Of a stretch of 64,000 bases of DNA, positions 12,750 to 28,779 are shown one piece after another (within the stretch, counting starts at the first letter, position 1; every line of letters starts with the position of its first letter). The position numbers and the translations under genes were made by a program. This stretch comes from the human T2T-CHM13v2.0 reference genome, Homo sapiens. The notes under the pieces were generated by a model. That model was not told the origin of the DNA and did no database searches. It saw only the letters and a program-made list of their open reading frames with translations. The stretch is taken from the NCBI RefSeq assembly GCF_009914755.1, contig NC_060944.1; one strand, 5' to 3'.

Positions 12750-13875
12750 TGTGTATCAGTCAGATATTGATATATAACAAACCACCTGAATGCAATTCTT
12801 ATGCTAACGACCCAGAGTTACATCAAATTTCACAGATAAAGAGCATAGTCTTCCAAAAGACTACTTCACTTCAGACACCATCAGCAAACTCCAGGGTTCC
12901 CAGACCATTCACACTTCTGATCAACTGGCTACAAATTCAGGGATTCCCCCTACCCTCTCAAGTGCAAGAATTTGCTAGAATAACTCATAAAACTCAGGAA
13001 AACACTATACTTATAACTATAATTTTATTATAAACAATACAATTTTGGGACCAGCCAAAGGAAGAGACTGATAGGGTAAGGTCTGGAAGGGTTCCAACCA
13101 TGTAACTTCTGTGTCCTCAAGATGTTACTCTCCTGTCACATTGATGTGTATCACCAGCCAGGGAAGCTCACCAGACCTTTGCTGTCCAGAGTTTTCCTCG
13201 GAATTTCATTACATAGGCATAATTGATTGACTCATTGGCCACATGATTAAACTTGATTTCCAGACCCTCTCTTTTATCAGAAGATCAGGCAGATATCACC
13301 AAAGCTCCAACCCTTTGATTACATGCTTGGTCTTTCTGGTATGACCAGACCCCATCCTGAGTCATCTCATTAGCATAAATTTACCTGTGATCCAAGGGAC
13401 CCACCATGAATAACAAAGACACTCCTATCACTCAGGAAATTCCAAAAATTTAGAGATTCTCTCCCAGAAATGGGAAATAAACTAGCTAAATTTTCAGTTA
13501 TAAAACGTCACTTCAATACTCAGTAGTTTAAAACAGGAGTTATTTATTCTCACACACCTATAGCTTAGCTGATCTAGGATAAGCATGACTGGGCCCAGCT
13601 TCAAGCTATGGTAGGGTCCAGGTCAACTCTATATGTCTCTTACCTTTGAACCAGGAGATGAGATAGGACCTATTCATAGAAGAATCAAAAGAGGACAAGC
13701 CCAAAGCTTCAAGCACAGTACAAGCCTCTGCTTGCATCATGTTCACTAACATCCCACTGGCCCATAAAGTTATCTAGCTTAACTCAACATCAAAGGAGGT
13801 GGGGAAGTATGTTCCACTTATAATTGGAGGTGCAAAGGGGCAAATATTTCCTGAAAAATAATCTGAACTATCATA
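12750..13875 (-). mobile_element. MLT1 LTR (MLT1I/J-like), split by MER21
   Basis: tgtatcagtcag...taacaaaccacc start; resumes ctcagtagtttaaaac...; ends ataatctgaactatcata. Confidence 0.65.
12790..13506 (-). mobile_element. MER21-family LTR
   Basis: atgaataacaaagacactcctatcactcaggaaattccaa and cacttctgatcaactggctacaaattcaggg motifs. Confidence 0.8.
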
Positions 13876-14914
13876 TAAGAGAAATATTATGTACTCTTTT
13901 AGCCCCTTTGTGGCAGAAGCTGTGTGCTAAAGATGATTTCTAAATATCCAGGACCACCATACTATGCCCCTAACCACTGGCTGTTTATATCTTAAGTGTC
14001 CTCCATAGACTAGTATCCCTTGGGCTTGAGGCTTTGATGAAACCAAAATGGGTCATATATTAGTCTGTTACCAAGTCTTCACAAATAAATGTTTACCAAA
14101 GTAATTAAACTCTCAGCTTATCAGCAAATAAAAAACAGCCATCATTGGAAAAAAGAGCCCACTGATCTTCAACTTGTGGTCTCTCTTTGACTTTCTCCCT
14201 TCCTTTTTTCACTCTCCTTTTCACAGTTTGCCCTTAAAATCCTTCTGCTCTCTTGATCTCCAGACATGAATCATGCTATGTAATATGAATGATAATGAGT
14301 GATGGTAATAATTGAAAAGATGAAAAATCTGCATTTGTTTCTTATCTAGAAAGATACTAAAACAGCTGCCAGGGAGTGTTCAGAGACTCTACAGCCCATT
14401 CCATAATTTATGAATGTGAGAATGCTCCCCATGAACAGCCTGGATGAGTCAGATGTTTTAATTGGGCTGCCTTAAATTTAGAACCAAAGGAGCTTGATTC
14501 CTACTCCACTGGGTAGTCTCATGAAGGGTGTTCCAGCCAGAGAGGAGCCAGAGTTGACACTTACATACACAAGTGGGTAGAATAAAGTACAAATGTTGTT
14601 AATGTTTGTAAGACACTACATTCTGGTTTTGTTCTTTGATTTTAAGGTTGAAGAATTTTCAGAGAAGCCTTATTAGGGAACACTTCTCTTTTATATGAAA
14701 GTTACCTCATTGTGTCCTCTCCTAGGCAACAATAACTTGAGTGTGAAAATCAGCTGGGATCCCACATTGCTAAGCATTTCTGAAAAGGGATCTTTAATGT
14801 GGCACTCCATAAAAGAGTTAAAAGATTTGTTGAAAAATGACCACATCCATGCTCTGTGAAAAAGAAATATAGGCAATTTATGAATTTTATATTCATGACA
14901 TAATGTATAACAGG

Positions 14915-15060
14915 TTTATTCACATTGATTCATTAAGTAAGTGTGGAGTGAGGCATGTGTCTGGTACTGTCCTTGGTGCTGATGCCAGCGACACGAGCAA
15001 GAAGAGTTTGTGTCTCACGGAACTACAGCCTAGTGGAGGAGACAGACATTACTCAAGTGT
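14915..15060 (-). mobile_element. L2 3' end
   Basis: ttcacattgattcatt...ggtactgtccttggtgctga...ctcacggaactacagcctagtggaggagacagac. Confidence 0.65.
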
Positions 15061-17127
15061 AACTGGATATTAAAATTGAAGTTTCAAATAAGGTATCATA
15101 ATACATTCCAAAATGAGTTGTCAGATCAACATTTGAGTTTTAAAAGTTTCTGACAAGCCCCTTCCCTAAAGGAGACCAAAAAATGGGCATTGAATAGTTG
15201 GAGAAAAGGAGAGGATTTGAAAGGAGGATTTCTTACAAGCGAGCATTGTCATAAGCTTCCCCACAATAAGGAAGGATGAAGGTGCTTTTCTCTTCATCCA
15301 AGCCCCAAAAATGAGACCTTTAATGTGACCACTTGGAGATCTGATGTGTATTCCTGCAATTATAGGGAACAGTAATGTATTTCACAGGTCTGAGAACTCT
15401 AAAGGTAGCCTAAGCTAGAAGAGGGAGGGAAAAGAGAGAATTGTGCTATTTTTGAAACTAATTGCTCTCCCTTTCAAAAATATGTCAAATGTACAAGAAT
15501 TCAAGGCATACAAATTTCATGTGTATCAATTATCTATTGCACAAAAATGCTGCATAAAAAACAGCCACAAAACTTCTGTGGTGTAGAACATAAAGGATTT
15601 ATTTTGATCAAAAGTTTATTGGCCACCTAGGATGTTCTTCTTGTCTTTGCTGGGATTGGCTGATCTTGGCTGATCTTGGCTGGGTTTGCTCCCGCATCTA
15701 CAGTCAGCTGGCGGGTTTGCTGTAGGCTGGATAGTCCAGAATGGCCCCAGTTAAACAACTCATCTTTCTTCCGTATGGTCTTATTCTTTAGCAGGTTAGC
15801 ATGGGCTTCTTTATGGGAGTCAGATCCAGTTTCCAAGAGAAACTGTGAAGAAATTGCAAGCACCATGAACAGACTATTGGTGGAAATCTTGACTTTAAGA
15901 ATGTTGATGGTGAGTGCTGAATAGAAAGTGAGAAACATGTTACTGAAAATGGGAGAAAGGGAGATCCCTGTTATGTACTGGCAAATGCTTATCAAAATTG
16001 TATTCTGTAGTCATGTAGAAAACATAACATGTAAGTGATAAATTTGGACGTGTAGCTAAGGAAATTCCCAAGCAAAGTGTTGAAGGTGTTACCTGGCTTC
16101 TTTGTATTCCTTATAGCAAAATACAAGATCAGATAGATAAATTGAGGGAAGAACTATTAAACAAAAAGGAATTGGAAAGACTTTGGAAATTCTCAGCCTC
16201 TCCAGATGTCAAAAGATGCTAAAAGTCCAAAATGGTTGCTGAAAGTGTGAAGTAGAGAAAAGTCTGAGTTTGTGACTGTATGACCCTTTGCTGAAACCTC
16301 AGATCTCATCTAAATATTTCTAGTTGAGAAGGACAATATCAAAAGGTCAAAGTACTCGACTACACAGTAACTTTCCAAGCGATAAAGAGTGTTCTTCACA
16401 GATATTCTCAATCAAACCAAAGGGCCTCAAGAAGTTTAAAATCATTGTCCTTCATCCATCTCAGCAGAAGCCAAAATTACATTATCTTGAAAATATTTGT
16501 GATGTGGCTCAAGCATAATGGAATAAACCCTTAAGACATCCACAAGAGATTCACAAAGTTCTTGAGAACATTATATCAGCAGAAACACTACCAACTTGAT
16601 TGAAGTGGACAGAGACAATGCAACACAAAGGAAGGCTTTCAAACCTCCAAATTTCCACTGGTTCAAAGCAGGCTGATAAAACTACTATGCTTCAACCACT
16701 TGCTATCTTTTATGAAAAATGAATCACTTATAGGGCAGAACCAAGAACCAGAATGCAGAGCCAAGGGCCCACAGAGCAAAGCCAAGAGCCATGGAGGATT
16801 ATTCCCAGGGCTTGAAACCTAAACAAGGAATTTTGGCTAAGGTTTTCCTGGCTAAATTTCAAAGCTGCTTTGTACCAGTGACTTCATTTTTGCCTTCCAT
16901 TCCCCATCTACCAACCCTTTTGAACCAGAATGTCCATAACTATTAATCTACGCATGGTCTTGCCATCATATGTTGAGACAGTTGGGAGCAGATGACTTGT
17001 CCCTTTAGTTTCACAGGTCCACAGATGGAGGAGAGTTGTGACCCATGAATTTGCATACTCCATGAAATTTCATAAATCATCATCATTTGATTTAAATTTT
17101 GAGAATTTAGACTTTGACCAAATGAGA

Positions 17128-18212
<1,085 letters not shown>

Positions 18213-18340
18213 AGCTAATTTAGATGTAATTTTTAATTTGAGTTGATGCCGCAGTGGATTGAGACTCCTGAAGACCTTGGGAAAGAGTAAGTGAATTTAG
18301 CACATGGAAGAGATGTGAATTTGGGGGACCAGAGGTGGAC

Positions 18341-18961
18341 TGTGGTAGATAGAATCCTGAAATAACCCCCTAAGATATTTCATCCTATTATCCTTGGTAT
18401 TGTGACTATGATGAGATAGCATACCCATAATTATGTAATAATACATAGCCAAAGGGATTTTTTGATGTAATTCGGTTACTGATTAGTTGACTTTGAGTAA
18501 TAACAAAAGAGATTATATGGGTGAGCCTAATATAATCATATGAACACTAAAAGCAGAGAGTTTTCTTCAGCTGGTAGCAAAAGAGGAAGTCAGTTTCAAA
18601 GCATGAGAACTTGACACACAACTGCTGATGTGAAGATGGAGGTCACATGACAAGGAATACAGCGGTCTCTGGAAGCAGAGAACAGCTCCTGGCTGATAAC
18701 CATTAAGGAAACAAGGACCTCAGTCCTACAACTGTAAGGAATTAAATTTGTCTAAAAAAACAAATAAGCTTGGAATAAGCTTCTTCCCCAGATAACAGCC
18801 CAGCCTGGCTGACACCTTAACTCTAGCTTTGTGAGTCCCAAAGCAGATGAACCAGCCAAGCCCACACTTCTGACCTAAAGAAGTGTGAGATAATAAATGG
18901 CTCCTGTTTTAAGCCACTATGTGTGTGGCAACTTGTTACACAGCAATAAGAAACCAGGACA
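18341..18961 (+). mobile_element. MLT1E-like 3' LTR
   Basis: TG...CA termini; aataaa at ~18892; gttttaagccactatgtgtgtggcaacttgttacacagcaata end motif. Confidence 0.8.
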
Positions 18962-20312
18962 GCCTCTGAAGGCCTAGGCTCAGAACTGACACACTGTCAT
19001 TTCTGGAGTATTTTACTGGTCAAACAAGTCACAAGGCCAGGCCAGATTCAAAAGGTGGGAAGATAGAACTCACCCCAGGAACATTGCAAAGGGCTTAGAT
19101 TCATGTAGGTAAAAACAGCTGGGGACAGCCTGCCACACAAAATAGGAATGTTGACTTGGGGTTATTTTGAAAGGAAACCTGCTTAATAAGAGAGTTTCTG
19201 CCAGAGAGTAAGGAGACCCTACCAGTGGGGTGAAAAGCTGGGAAACCAGAAGCCAAGGGAGTGGTGGGAGAAAACAGTTAAAGGAGGGTCATGAGATGGG
19301 TCCACCTGCTGCAAATATCCACCAGGCCCAGAGAGGCCAAAGCCATTTGACAGTAGTGCCAGTACCAGTAGAACTTTTTGGTCTTCCCCCGCTACATGGT
19401 CATATCCAAAAGGGTGGGCTAATCCCTGGACAGGCCCACTGAGCTTAGGCTCTCCTAGGTCTTTAATTCATTTGCTTGTTTATGGATTGGTCATTTTTAT
19501 ATAAGAGCAATTGAACTGGGCTTGTTTGATTTTTGCCAATATTGTGTAACCCAGATGGCACCAGTGACATAGTAAAACATTGTGCCCAGAACTTGGAAAT
19601 TACAGCTAGGTGGTTTAGGTTGCTAGATGCAGTTTTTCAACCATATCAGATAAAGTGGAAGTTCTGCTGGAGTTTGAGGGTGGCATGATTGAAGCATGAG
19701 GGGCTTGCTAAACCCCACCCCCTTGACTTCTGCTTCTCCCACAGTCTGGCAGTACTCTGAACTGGAGGAGAAGAGCACCGTACCAACAAAGTGCATTTCT
19801 CAAGAATTCACAAGCCCAAATAAACACATCAGGGACTATCCTTCAGTCTAATGTTTCCTGTTGATAACATAGGCCTAGAGAAAACTGTTACTTCGATAAT
19901 ATTCGTGTGTCAGAGCTCTGTATTTGCCAAGTCTTTATCACCTTCCTCTGTAGGACAACATCAAAGGATCAGAAACAGCTTCTACCTACTAGAGAAGGTG
20001 AGCTGTTCCCTGAAAATACGTCACAAATCATGCTTATTCAGCCCAACAGTTACATGTTTGATAGGTATGAACTCCTCTGCACACTCAAGGTAGAAGTTTT
20101 TTATTTCTTAAACTGGTTGGAACCAGCTCCCCTAAACTGGTAGAGAGACTAGTACCACATTTTGGAGGCTTCACTGACATCACTCATTAAAGAACCCTTG
20201 AGCTTACACAGTGCAAAATGGCAGAACCATCGAATTCCACTTCAGGCTGGAAGAGCTCTGTCTGGTGTCTGTTGAACTGATGTTATCTTTACTGCCATTG
20301 GTTTGTGCTGCC

Positions 20313-20706
20313 TGTATTAGGCTGCTCTTGCGTTACTATAAAGAAATACCTGAGGCTGGGTAATTTATAAAGAAAAGAGATTTAATTGGCTCACAGTTCT
20401 GCAGGCTGAACAAGCATTGTGCCAGCATCTGGTTGGCTTCTAGGGAAGCCTCAGTGAGCTTTTACTTATGGCAGAAGGTGGAGCCGGAGAAGTACCTCAC
20501 ATGGCCAGAGGAGGAGCAAGAGAGAGAGTGGAGGGGGTAGGGTATATATTTTTACACAACCAGATCTCACAAGAACTCACTCACTCACTCACCAAGCCAT
20601 AAGGGATCTGCTTCCATGACCCATATACTTACTACCAGGCCCCATCTTCAACAATGGGGATTACATCAACATGGGATTTGGGAGGTGGGACATCCAAACT
20701 ATGTCA
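20313..20706 (-). mobile_element. MSTB-like solo LTR
   Basis: tgtattagg...aaagaaatacctgaggctgggtaatttataaagaaaagag; 5-bp TSD ctgcc at 20308-20312 and 20707-20711. Confidence 0.9.
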
Positions 20707-21544
20707 CTGCCACGTGCTGGTCCTCCACCACATATTCAGTGCACTGCTCAGCTATAGAAGCAACTGCAGCCATCAGTGGTAAGCTCAGCAACAGATGCAC
20801 TTTACTGAGACTTCCAGGCCACTGCTACCATTTTCCATCCCTCACAGACACCCACAGAGCATTCTCCAGAACTTTGCCATCTCAGAGGTGATGGCTATGC
20901 TAGAGTGCATTAGGCATCTGCCTTTCAAAGAATCTACTTCCAAGTCTTGATTTCAGCCCCATGCACATACACTTGTAGGTTGGGCTATTTTATTTTCTAA
21001 CTCTCCAAATTCAAAGGTTAATTCCCCCTCTCAGTCAACTCAATAAGATTCATTGCCCTGATAAGCCAAGAACGGGATCTTAAACTTGAAAATAAAAATG
21101 TTTGAACCTCCTTTTAAAGAAAAAAAATTTCCCAGACTTCCAGGATTCAATTATGGAATCTACACAAAAGACATGCTATAAACTGTCAGCCATTCGGCTG
21201 AAATGAAATTATTGCTCCCACTACGATTGTAATGAAGACTGCCACAAGATCTTTTTAAATTTAGCATAACCTTGCTTTGCAATCAAATTCTTCTACCACT
21301 TTGCTCCATTGTTGAGCAAACTGCCACCACGCAGTGCACCAGAATACTCACCAGCTTACCCCTGCTGTGAAGGATCACTTATAAATTAAATCCACCTCAT
21401 TCTTTAGTTGGCCTGATACCAGCAGGATCATAAACACAATGAATAAGGACATTGAAAAATCACAAGGCAGGACTCAGTTATCTTAAAAATCCATAAAATG
21501 TTTGCATTAATATATTTAGCTACTGTCTAAATGAAAACCTCTAA

Positions 21545-21798
<254 letters not shown>

Positions 21799-21844
21799 TT
21801 GATCATTTTCTAATAATATCAAGAAAGGGAAGTACAGGATGTGC

Positions 21845-22720
21845 TATGATGTGTTCTTACTGTGCAGCAGCCACCCAACTTCAGTGGTATATAATGATAA
21901 GCAGTCATTTTGCTCACACATCTGCAGGTTGGCTGGGTTTTACCTGATCTAGGTTGGACTCAATTGGGTGTCTCTAAGCAGCAGGTTGGATCCAGTTCTG
22001 CTCCATGTCTATTTTATCCTCTTTGGACCAGTGGACCAGCCATGGCATGTTCTCATGAAAATGGCAGAAGCAAAAAGGAACAAGAAGAGGCATATTAGGC
22101 TTCTTAAATCCTTTTGGGAACCAGCATCCTGCCACTTCCACTGGCCAAAAGCAAGCCGCATAGTCAAATCCAAAGCTAATGGGCTGGGATGCACATTTCA
22201 CCTTAAAGGCAAGAGTTGTGAAGTCACATGGTGTGTTAGTCCATTTGGATTACTATAAAGTAATACCTAAGACTGGGTAATTTATAATGGAAAATGGTTT
22301 ATTTGGCTCATAGTTCTGTAGGCTGTACAGAAAGTGTACCACCTGCATCTGCTCAGCTTCTGGTGAGGGCCTCAGGAAGTTTACAATCATGGTGGAAGGC
22401 AAAAGGAGAGCCTGTGTATCATATGGCCAGAGGGAGCAAGAGAGAGGGGAGAAGCCAGTCTCCTTTAAACAAGCAGCTCTTGCGTGAACTCACCAAGCAA
22501 GAACTCACTCATTAACATGAGGAAGGCATCAAGCCATTCATGAAGGATCCATCTCCATGACCCAAACACCTCCCACCAGGCCCCACCTCCAACACTGGGA
22601 ATGACATTTCAGTGTAAGATGTGGAGGGAACGAACATCCAAACCACGTCACATGGCAATGGGTCAGGATACAGGGAAGGGTGAAGAGCTGAGACGGACAA
22701 TTCCATCTGCCACCTATGAC
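21845..22720 (-). mobile_element. MLT1 LTR (MLT1H/I-like), split by MST
   Basis: cacatctgcaggttggctggg...ctggccaaaagcaagccgcatag...gagttgtgaagtcacatgg|caatggg. Confidence 0.65.
22232..22650 (-). mobile_element. MSTB/MSTB1-like solo LTR
   Basis: TG...CA ends; TSD catgg at 22227-22231 and 22651-22655. Confidence 0.9.
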
Positions 22721-22734
22721 CAGGGAACTTCATC

Positions 22735-23075
22735 TATTCTGGGGTGGCAAGAAAGCCTTTCCTGAGGAAATGAAATTTTGGCTGAAAAGTGGGAGGCGGG
22801 CAGGGAGCAAGGGTTACCATGTAAAGTAGAAGGAATAGCATTCTTCCATAGGGAATAGCATCTGCCACAGTCTTGAGGCAAGAGGACCATGGCACATTAA
22901 AAAAGGGTGGCAAGGATGATGAGAAACAAGGCACAGGAGAGGAAGCAGGAAGGCAGTCAGGAGCCCGAGGGGGTGGGGCCTTACAGGCCATGCCAGTGGC
23001 TTTTGACCTTTATGGGCATAGGGAAATCCTTGAGAAGTTTTAACCAGAGAAGTGAAATTTTGCATTTGAAAACTA
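22735..23075 (-). mobile_element. L2 fragment
   Basis: aagcctttcctgaggaaatga...gggaatagcatctgccacagtcttgaggc...gttttaaccagagaagtga. Confidence 0.7.
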
Positions 23076-23079
23076 TTTT

Positions 23080-23735
23080 CAGCTTTATACAGCAGAAACA
23101 TCAACTCAGAATGGCTTAGACAATAAGAAAATGTATTACATGACTAACACAAAAGTGGAGCCCCTCCAAGTCGGTAATTCAGTAACTCTGAAACAACGCA
23201 AGGGACAAAGCATTCCCCAGTTGCATGTCATCATTTACAATAGATCAGCTCTGTCCTCTCCTTGATTCTTTTAAGTCCCAAGATGAATACATAGGTTCCA
23301 GACGTCACATGCAGAAATGACAGTGTCCAGGTGAAGAAATGATCCTCTTCTCCCTCCTTTTCAGGATTAACAAAAAACTTTCCCAGAAACCTCCAGGGGA
23401 AGTGACATCTCATTGGTCAAAACTAGGTTACAAGCCCACCCTTGAACCAATCCCAAGTAAGAAGAATGAGACTGCCATGACTGACTTGGACCAATCAAGA
23501 CCTATCAGCTAGAGTCGTTATGTAACAAAGACAAAACTGTGAGGGGGAACGGCTTCTTTCAGCAAAACTGTGATGTCCACTAGGAAAGAGGGACTTGGCA
23601 CATGGCCAAGCCCAGAATTAAGGGTAGAAAAATACACCCCAACTTCAGTGGGAAGGAATGCAGAGCTACATAGCAAAGAGTGAATACAGGGAGGGGTAAA
23701 CATTTGGACCCATTAATTCAATATGCCACCATACT
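23080..23735 (-). mobile_element. Old MLT1 LTR pieces (MLT1K/L-like)
   Basis: aactcagaatggcttagacaataag; ctcattggtcaaaactaggttacaagcccacccttgaaccaatc. Confidence 0.6.
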
Positions 23736-23881
23736 TCTAAACATTCCCATCGACTGGACACACATACACACACACCCCCACACACACGGCAAAATTATCC
23801 CATTCTGTGGCATTGAACACATAGCAAATTGTGTATATTTCTCACATGAAACATGATTGCATACCACCTTGTCTTTATTAT

Positions 23882-24174
23882 TGCATTAGTCTCTACTGCT
23901 ACTATAAAAAGTTATCACAAACCAAGCGTCTTAAAAAACATATATTTATTATCCAACAATTCTGCATGTCAGAAGTCTGACATGGGTCTCACTAAGGTAA
24001 AATCAACGCGCCAGCAGGACTGTGTTCCTTTTTGGATCCTCTAGAGCAAAATCCATTTCCTTGCTTATTCTGATTGTTCAAAGCCAGGTTGAGCTCCTCT
24101 CACATTTTGTATTTTTCCTTCCTTTTTTCTGGTTCTCACATCTCTCCAATCTTGTGTGCCTTCCTCTTCTTTTT

Positions 24175-24205
<31 letters not shown>

Positions 24206-24357
24206 GTTTTGAGACGGAGCCTGTAGCCCAGGCTGGATGCAGTGGCGTAATCTCGGCTCACCGCAACCTCTGCCTCTCGGGTTCAAGCAATTCTGCCTGC
24301 CTCAGCCTCCCAAGTACAAGTAGCTGGGATTACAGGCGCATGCCACCACACCCGGCT

Positions 24358-24399
<42 letters not shown>

Positions 24400-24680
24400 T
24401 AGAGACGGGGTTTTGTCATGTTGGCCAGGCCAGTCTTGAACTCCTGACCTCAGGTGATCTGCCCACCTCAGCCTCCCAAAGTGCTGGGATTATAGCCACC
24501 TCGCCCGGCCCCTCTTCCACTTTTAAGAACCCATATAATGACATCAGGCTCACCTCGGTTATTGAAAATAATCTCCCTGTTTCAGAGTCTCTTGCCTTAA
24601 TTCCTTTTGTTTTGTAACCCAGCATTTCACAGCTTTCACGGATTAGGATGTGCACATCTTTGGGGGCCATTATTGTACTT
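23882..24680 (-). mobile_element. MLT1C/D/E-like LTR, split by Alu
   Basis: tcagaagtctgacatgggtctcact...; ggattaggatgtgcacatctttgggggccattatt end. Confidence 0.75.
24170..24509 (-). mobile_element. Alu (AluS) with expanded central poly(T)
   Basis: Antisense dimer, (GTTTT)n tail, ~38-nt T run at 24360-24397. Confidence 0.95.
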
Positions 24681-25689
24681 ACTTCAAATTTATTAAGCAA
24701 CTATTAAATGATTATTCAGCTTCGAGTGTGTCTCTCCGAGTCTTTTGAGAGCACTGTGAGTTTAGAGACTGAGTGTAAATGTTCCTGTGCTCTCCACCTA
24801 ACCACTCAGTAACAATGTGGAAAAAAATGAACCTGGTATACAGGAAAGCTCTAATATCATTTAAAAGGGAGAGTTTTATCTAAGTGGTCTATTCCTAACA
24901 CAAGAGATAAATCCTACTGTTTAACACGTGACATGGTTCTGTCTTTTACCTGGATAACTGTACCAGCAATAGCCCAAAAGGTATCTGTGGTAGAAGATAC
25001 TACACTAAGGAGGAACACAAAAACATGAACATTTTATTTGCTGTCCCCTGTAAGTACTTACAAAACATTTTGGCAGAGACCAAGGGGAAAATATAACATC
25101 TTAATGAAAAAGGCTCAGTGGGAACCCCTGAAATCTATCAATGCCACCTAGGGGGATTTATAACAGAGGGTGAAAAAGGCTCTAGGCCAGTTTCTGGGAT
25201 GCTAGCATATATTTGCTTTGTGGTGAATGAGCTAATGCAGGGTTTCCAAGTGCGCCAAACAGATGACGCACACACTGTGAGCTTACTTACCATGTCCTCA
25301 GGGGACTTTGTCCAAGAATTCTCCAAGTCTCCTTCACCTAGACGTCTAAATCTGCTGGGAAAGAGGGGAGAACCAAGTGACAGATGGAGAGAAACTCCAG
25401 GATAGCACAAAGCAAAGGATGCAGAGTCAGAAATACACCCACGGAGAGAGGGAGCAGAGGAAGAAAACGACAGGGAGGCACTGAGACCTCGAGAGGTGGG
25501 GAGGGGAAGGGAAAACCTCATCAACACAGGAAACAGAAATAAGTAACCCCTAATCTGCTCAGTCATCGGTTCTGGTAAAGCCCCTTTAAATGCTGAGAAT
25601 CATTTTAAAGGAAGGTAAAAGCTGCTACGGTTCATGGAGTACTTAGTCATTCCATTTGAAACATTTTAAGGAGAGTAATCAAAAGCCAC

Positions 25690-25810
25690 TGCAGTGGGAG
25701 ATACAAGAATTGGGTTCCTGCTCCAGGTCAGCCATAGAGTATGTGTGCAGTCCTGACAGTTTGCATCCCAAGGCTCGGTCTCCTCATCTTTATATGATAG
25801 AGGGATTGGC
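25690..25810 (+). mobile_element. MIR
   Basis: ttgggttcctgctccagg...ctcggtctcctcatctttatatga. Confidence 0.55.
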
Positions 25811-25816
25811 CCGGGT

Positions 25817-26822
<1,006 letters not shown>

Positions 26823-26824
26823 TC

Positions 26825-26940
26825 AAGCCCTGAAGAGGTTAATAATTTGCCCAGCATCTTACAGGTAGCACAGAGCAGAGACAGAACTGGAACTCAGGTC
26901 TCCCCCACAGAATGTGGGCACTTAATTACATGCTACACTG
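26825..26940 (-). mobile_element. MIR
   Basis: gaggttaataatttgcccagcatcttacag...agacagaactggaactcaggtct. Confidence 0.7.
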
Positions 26941-27204
26941 AGAGGTAAGTCCTCTCAACCACTTTTTTCTCCCACCACCACGTCTAGCCATCTACCTGCA
27001 TCTTACCACCTGCTACTATAGAAAAATTGCCTAAAATCAGGTCAACTTCTTCACTGGTAAATCAAGTTGCATCTTCTCTTACCTACAGAAGAACATCCCT
27101 CTGGAAATTCTCCTCTCTCTCTCCTACATCAACTTTTCCCTCATTACTAAATTCTACCCATCAACCCACAAATATACTATTCTTTGTCCCATCTCAAAAA
27201 AAAT

Positions 27205-28087
27205 CAATATTAGTTATATTGCTGCATAACAAATTATCCCCCAAAGTAGCAGCTTAAAACCAGCAAATGTTTATTCTCTCACAGAATTTATAAAGCTCAG
27301 GATGCTGGGAGTGGCTTATCCTGGTGGTTCTGATGCAGGGCCCTCCATGTAGTCATCTCAAGACTCAGCTGGGGCTGGAGAATCTGCACTAGGCTCCCTC
27401 ACCTGGTTACTGGCAGGCCTCGGCTCCTCATGGGTTGTTGGCTAGAGGCTTCAGTTTCTCATCATGTGGACCTACCCATAGGGCTACTCAAAATATGACA
27501 TATTTTCTCACAGAATGAAAGATCCAAGAGAGCAGAAAAGCAAAAGAGCATCTAAAATGGAAGCTGCCATCTTTTATAACCTAACTTTTGAAGTGATATA
27601 CCACGACTTCTGTCATATGCTATTGGCCACATGCACCAACCCAGGTACAACACGAGAGGGGACTACACAAGGGTGTTGATAGGGTTTGGCTGTGTCCCCA
27701 CTCAAATTCCATCTTGAATTCCCATGTGTTGTAGGAAGGACCTGGTGGGAGGTAATTGAATCATGGGGGCAGGTCTTTCCCATGCTGTTCTTGTGATAGT
27801 GAATAATTCTCATGAGACCCGATGGTATTATAAGGGGGAGTTTCCCTGCCCAATCTCTCTCTTTGCCTGCTGCCATCCACGTAAGACATGACTTGCTCCT
27901 CCTTGCCTTCTGCCATGATTGTGAGGCCTCCTCAGCCATATGGAACTGTAAGTCATTAAACCTCTTTCTTTGGTAAATTGCTCAGTCTTGTGTACGTCTT
28001 TATCAGCAGCATGAAAATGGACTAATACAGGTGTGAAAACAAGGAGGTGGGGATCACTGGGAGCCGTCTTGGAGGCTGATTGCCACA
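27205..28087 (-). mobile_element. MLT1E/F-like LTR, split by THE1
   Basis: attgctgcataacaaattatccccaaagtagcagcttaaaac...ggatcactgggagccgtcttggaggctgattgccaca. Confidence 0.8.
27677..28029 (+). mobile_element. THE1B-like solo LTR
   Basis: tgatagggtttggctgtgtcccc...ggactaataca; TSD ggtgt at 27672-27676 and 28030-28034. Confidence 0.92.
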
Positions 28088-28089
28088 AA

Positions 28090-28430
28090 TCCTTTCCTTG
28101 CACCTACATTCTTCTCCATATTTCTCTACTCCCTTTAGAGCAAAACTCCTTAAAAAGTTGTCTATGTCACTGTCTGTAATTTTCCTTCCTCCATTCTCAC
28201 TTGAATCCCTTCTATTCAGACATTTGTCTCTCATGTTCTACTCTTGTCAAGGTCACTCAGGACTTCCACATGGCCAAATCCATTGGTCAGTTCTCAGTCC
28301 TCATTTCATTTGACCCATTACTAGCACGTAACACAACTGATCACTCCCTTTTCCTTGAAATACCTTCTGCATTAGACCTCCGGGATATGACATTCTTCTG
28401 ATTCTACTCCTGCCTCACCGGCTGCTTACC
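28090..28430 (+). mobile_element. L2 RT-region fragment (upstream part ~26960-27200)
   Basis: cttgtcaaggtcact...ggtcagttctcagtcctcatttcatttgacc...acacaactgatcactccc, degenerate SVLILLDLSAAFDTVDH motif. Confidence 0.75.
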
Positions 28431-28779
28431 AGGCATTTCACAGATACGTCAAGGCGTGGAGGGGGAAATACTTAGCAGTCGCAGCAAAAACTAAATAAAC
28501 CTTAAAATGAGCTCAACAACGATCAATTTCAGAAAAACATTAAAATTTGTAAAAGAGAGAAAACATTATTAAAGTTTATTATTTGGTCAAACAATGAATA
28601 ATGTCTGAACAGGCAGAATACTCTCTGAACAGTTTGATCGATTTTTTGCATAACTATATTGAGAAGATTGAATAAGGAAATTTGGAAGGGAAGGTTGTGC
28701 AAGAAAGATGGGATATAATTTTGTAAAATCTTAAAAGTGATATACACATATTATTTAGAAACATGGAAGTTCTTGCCAG

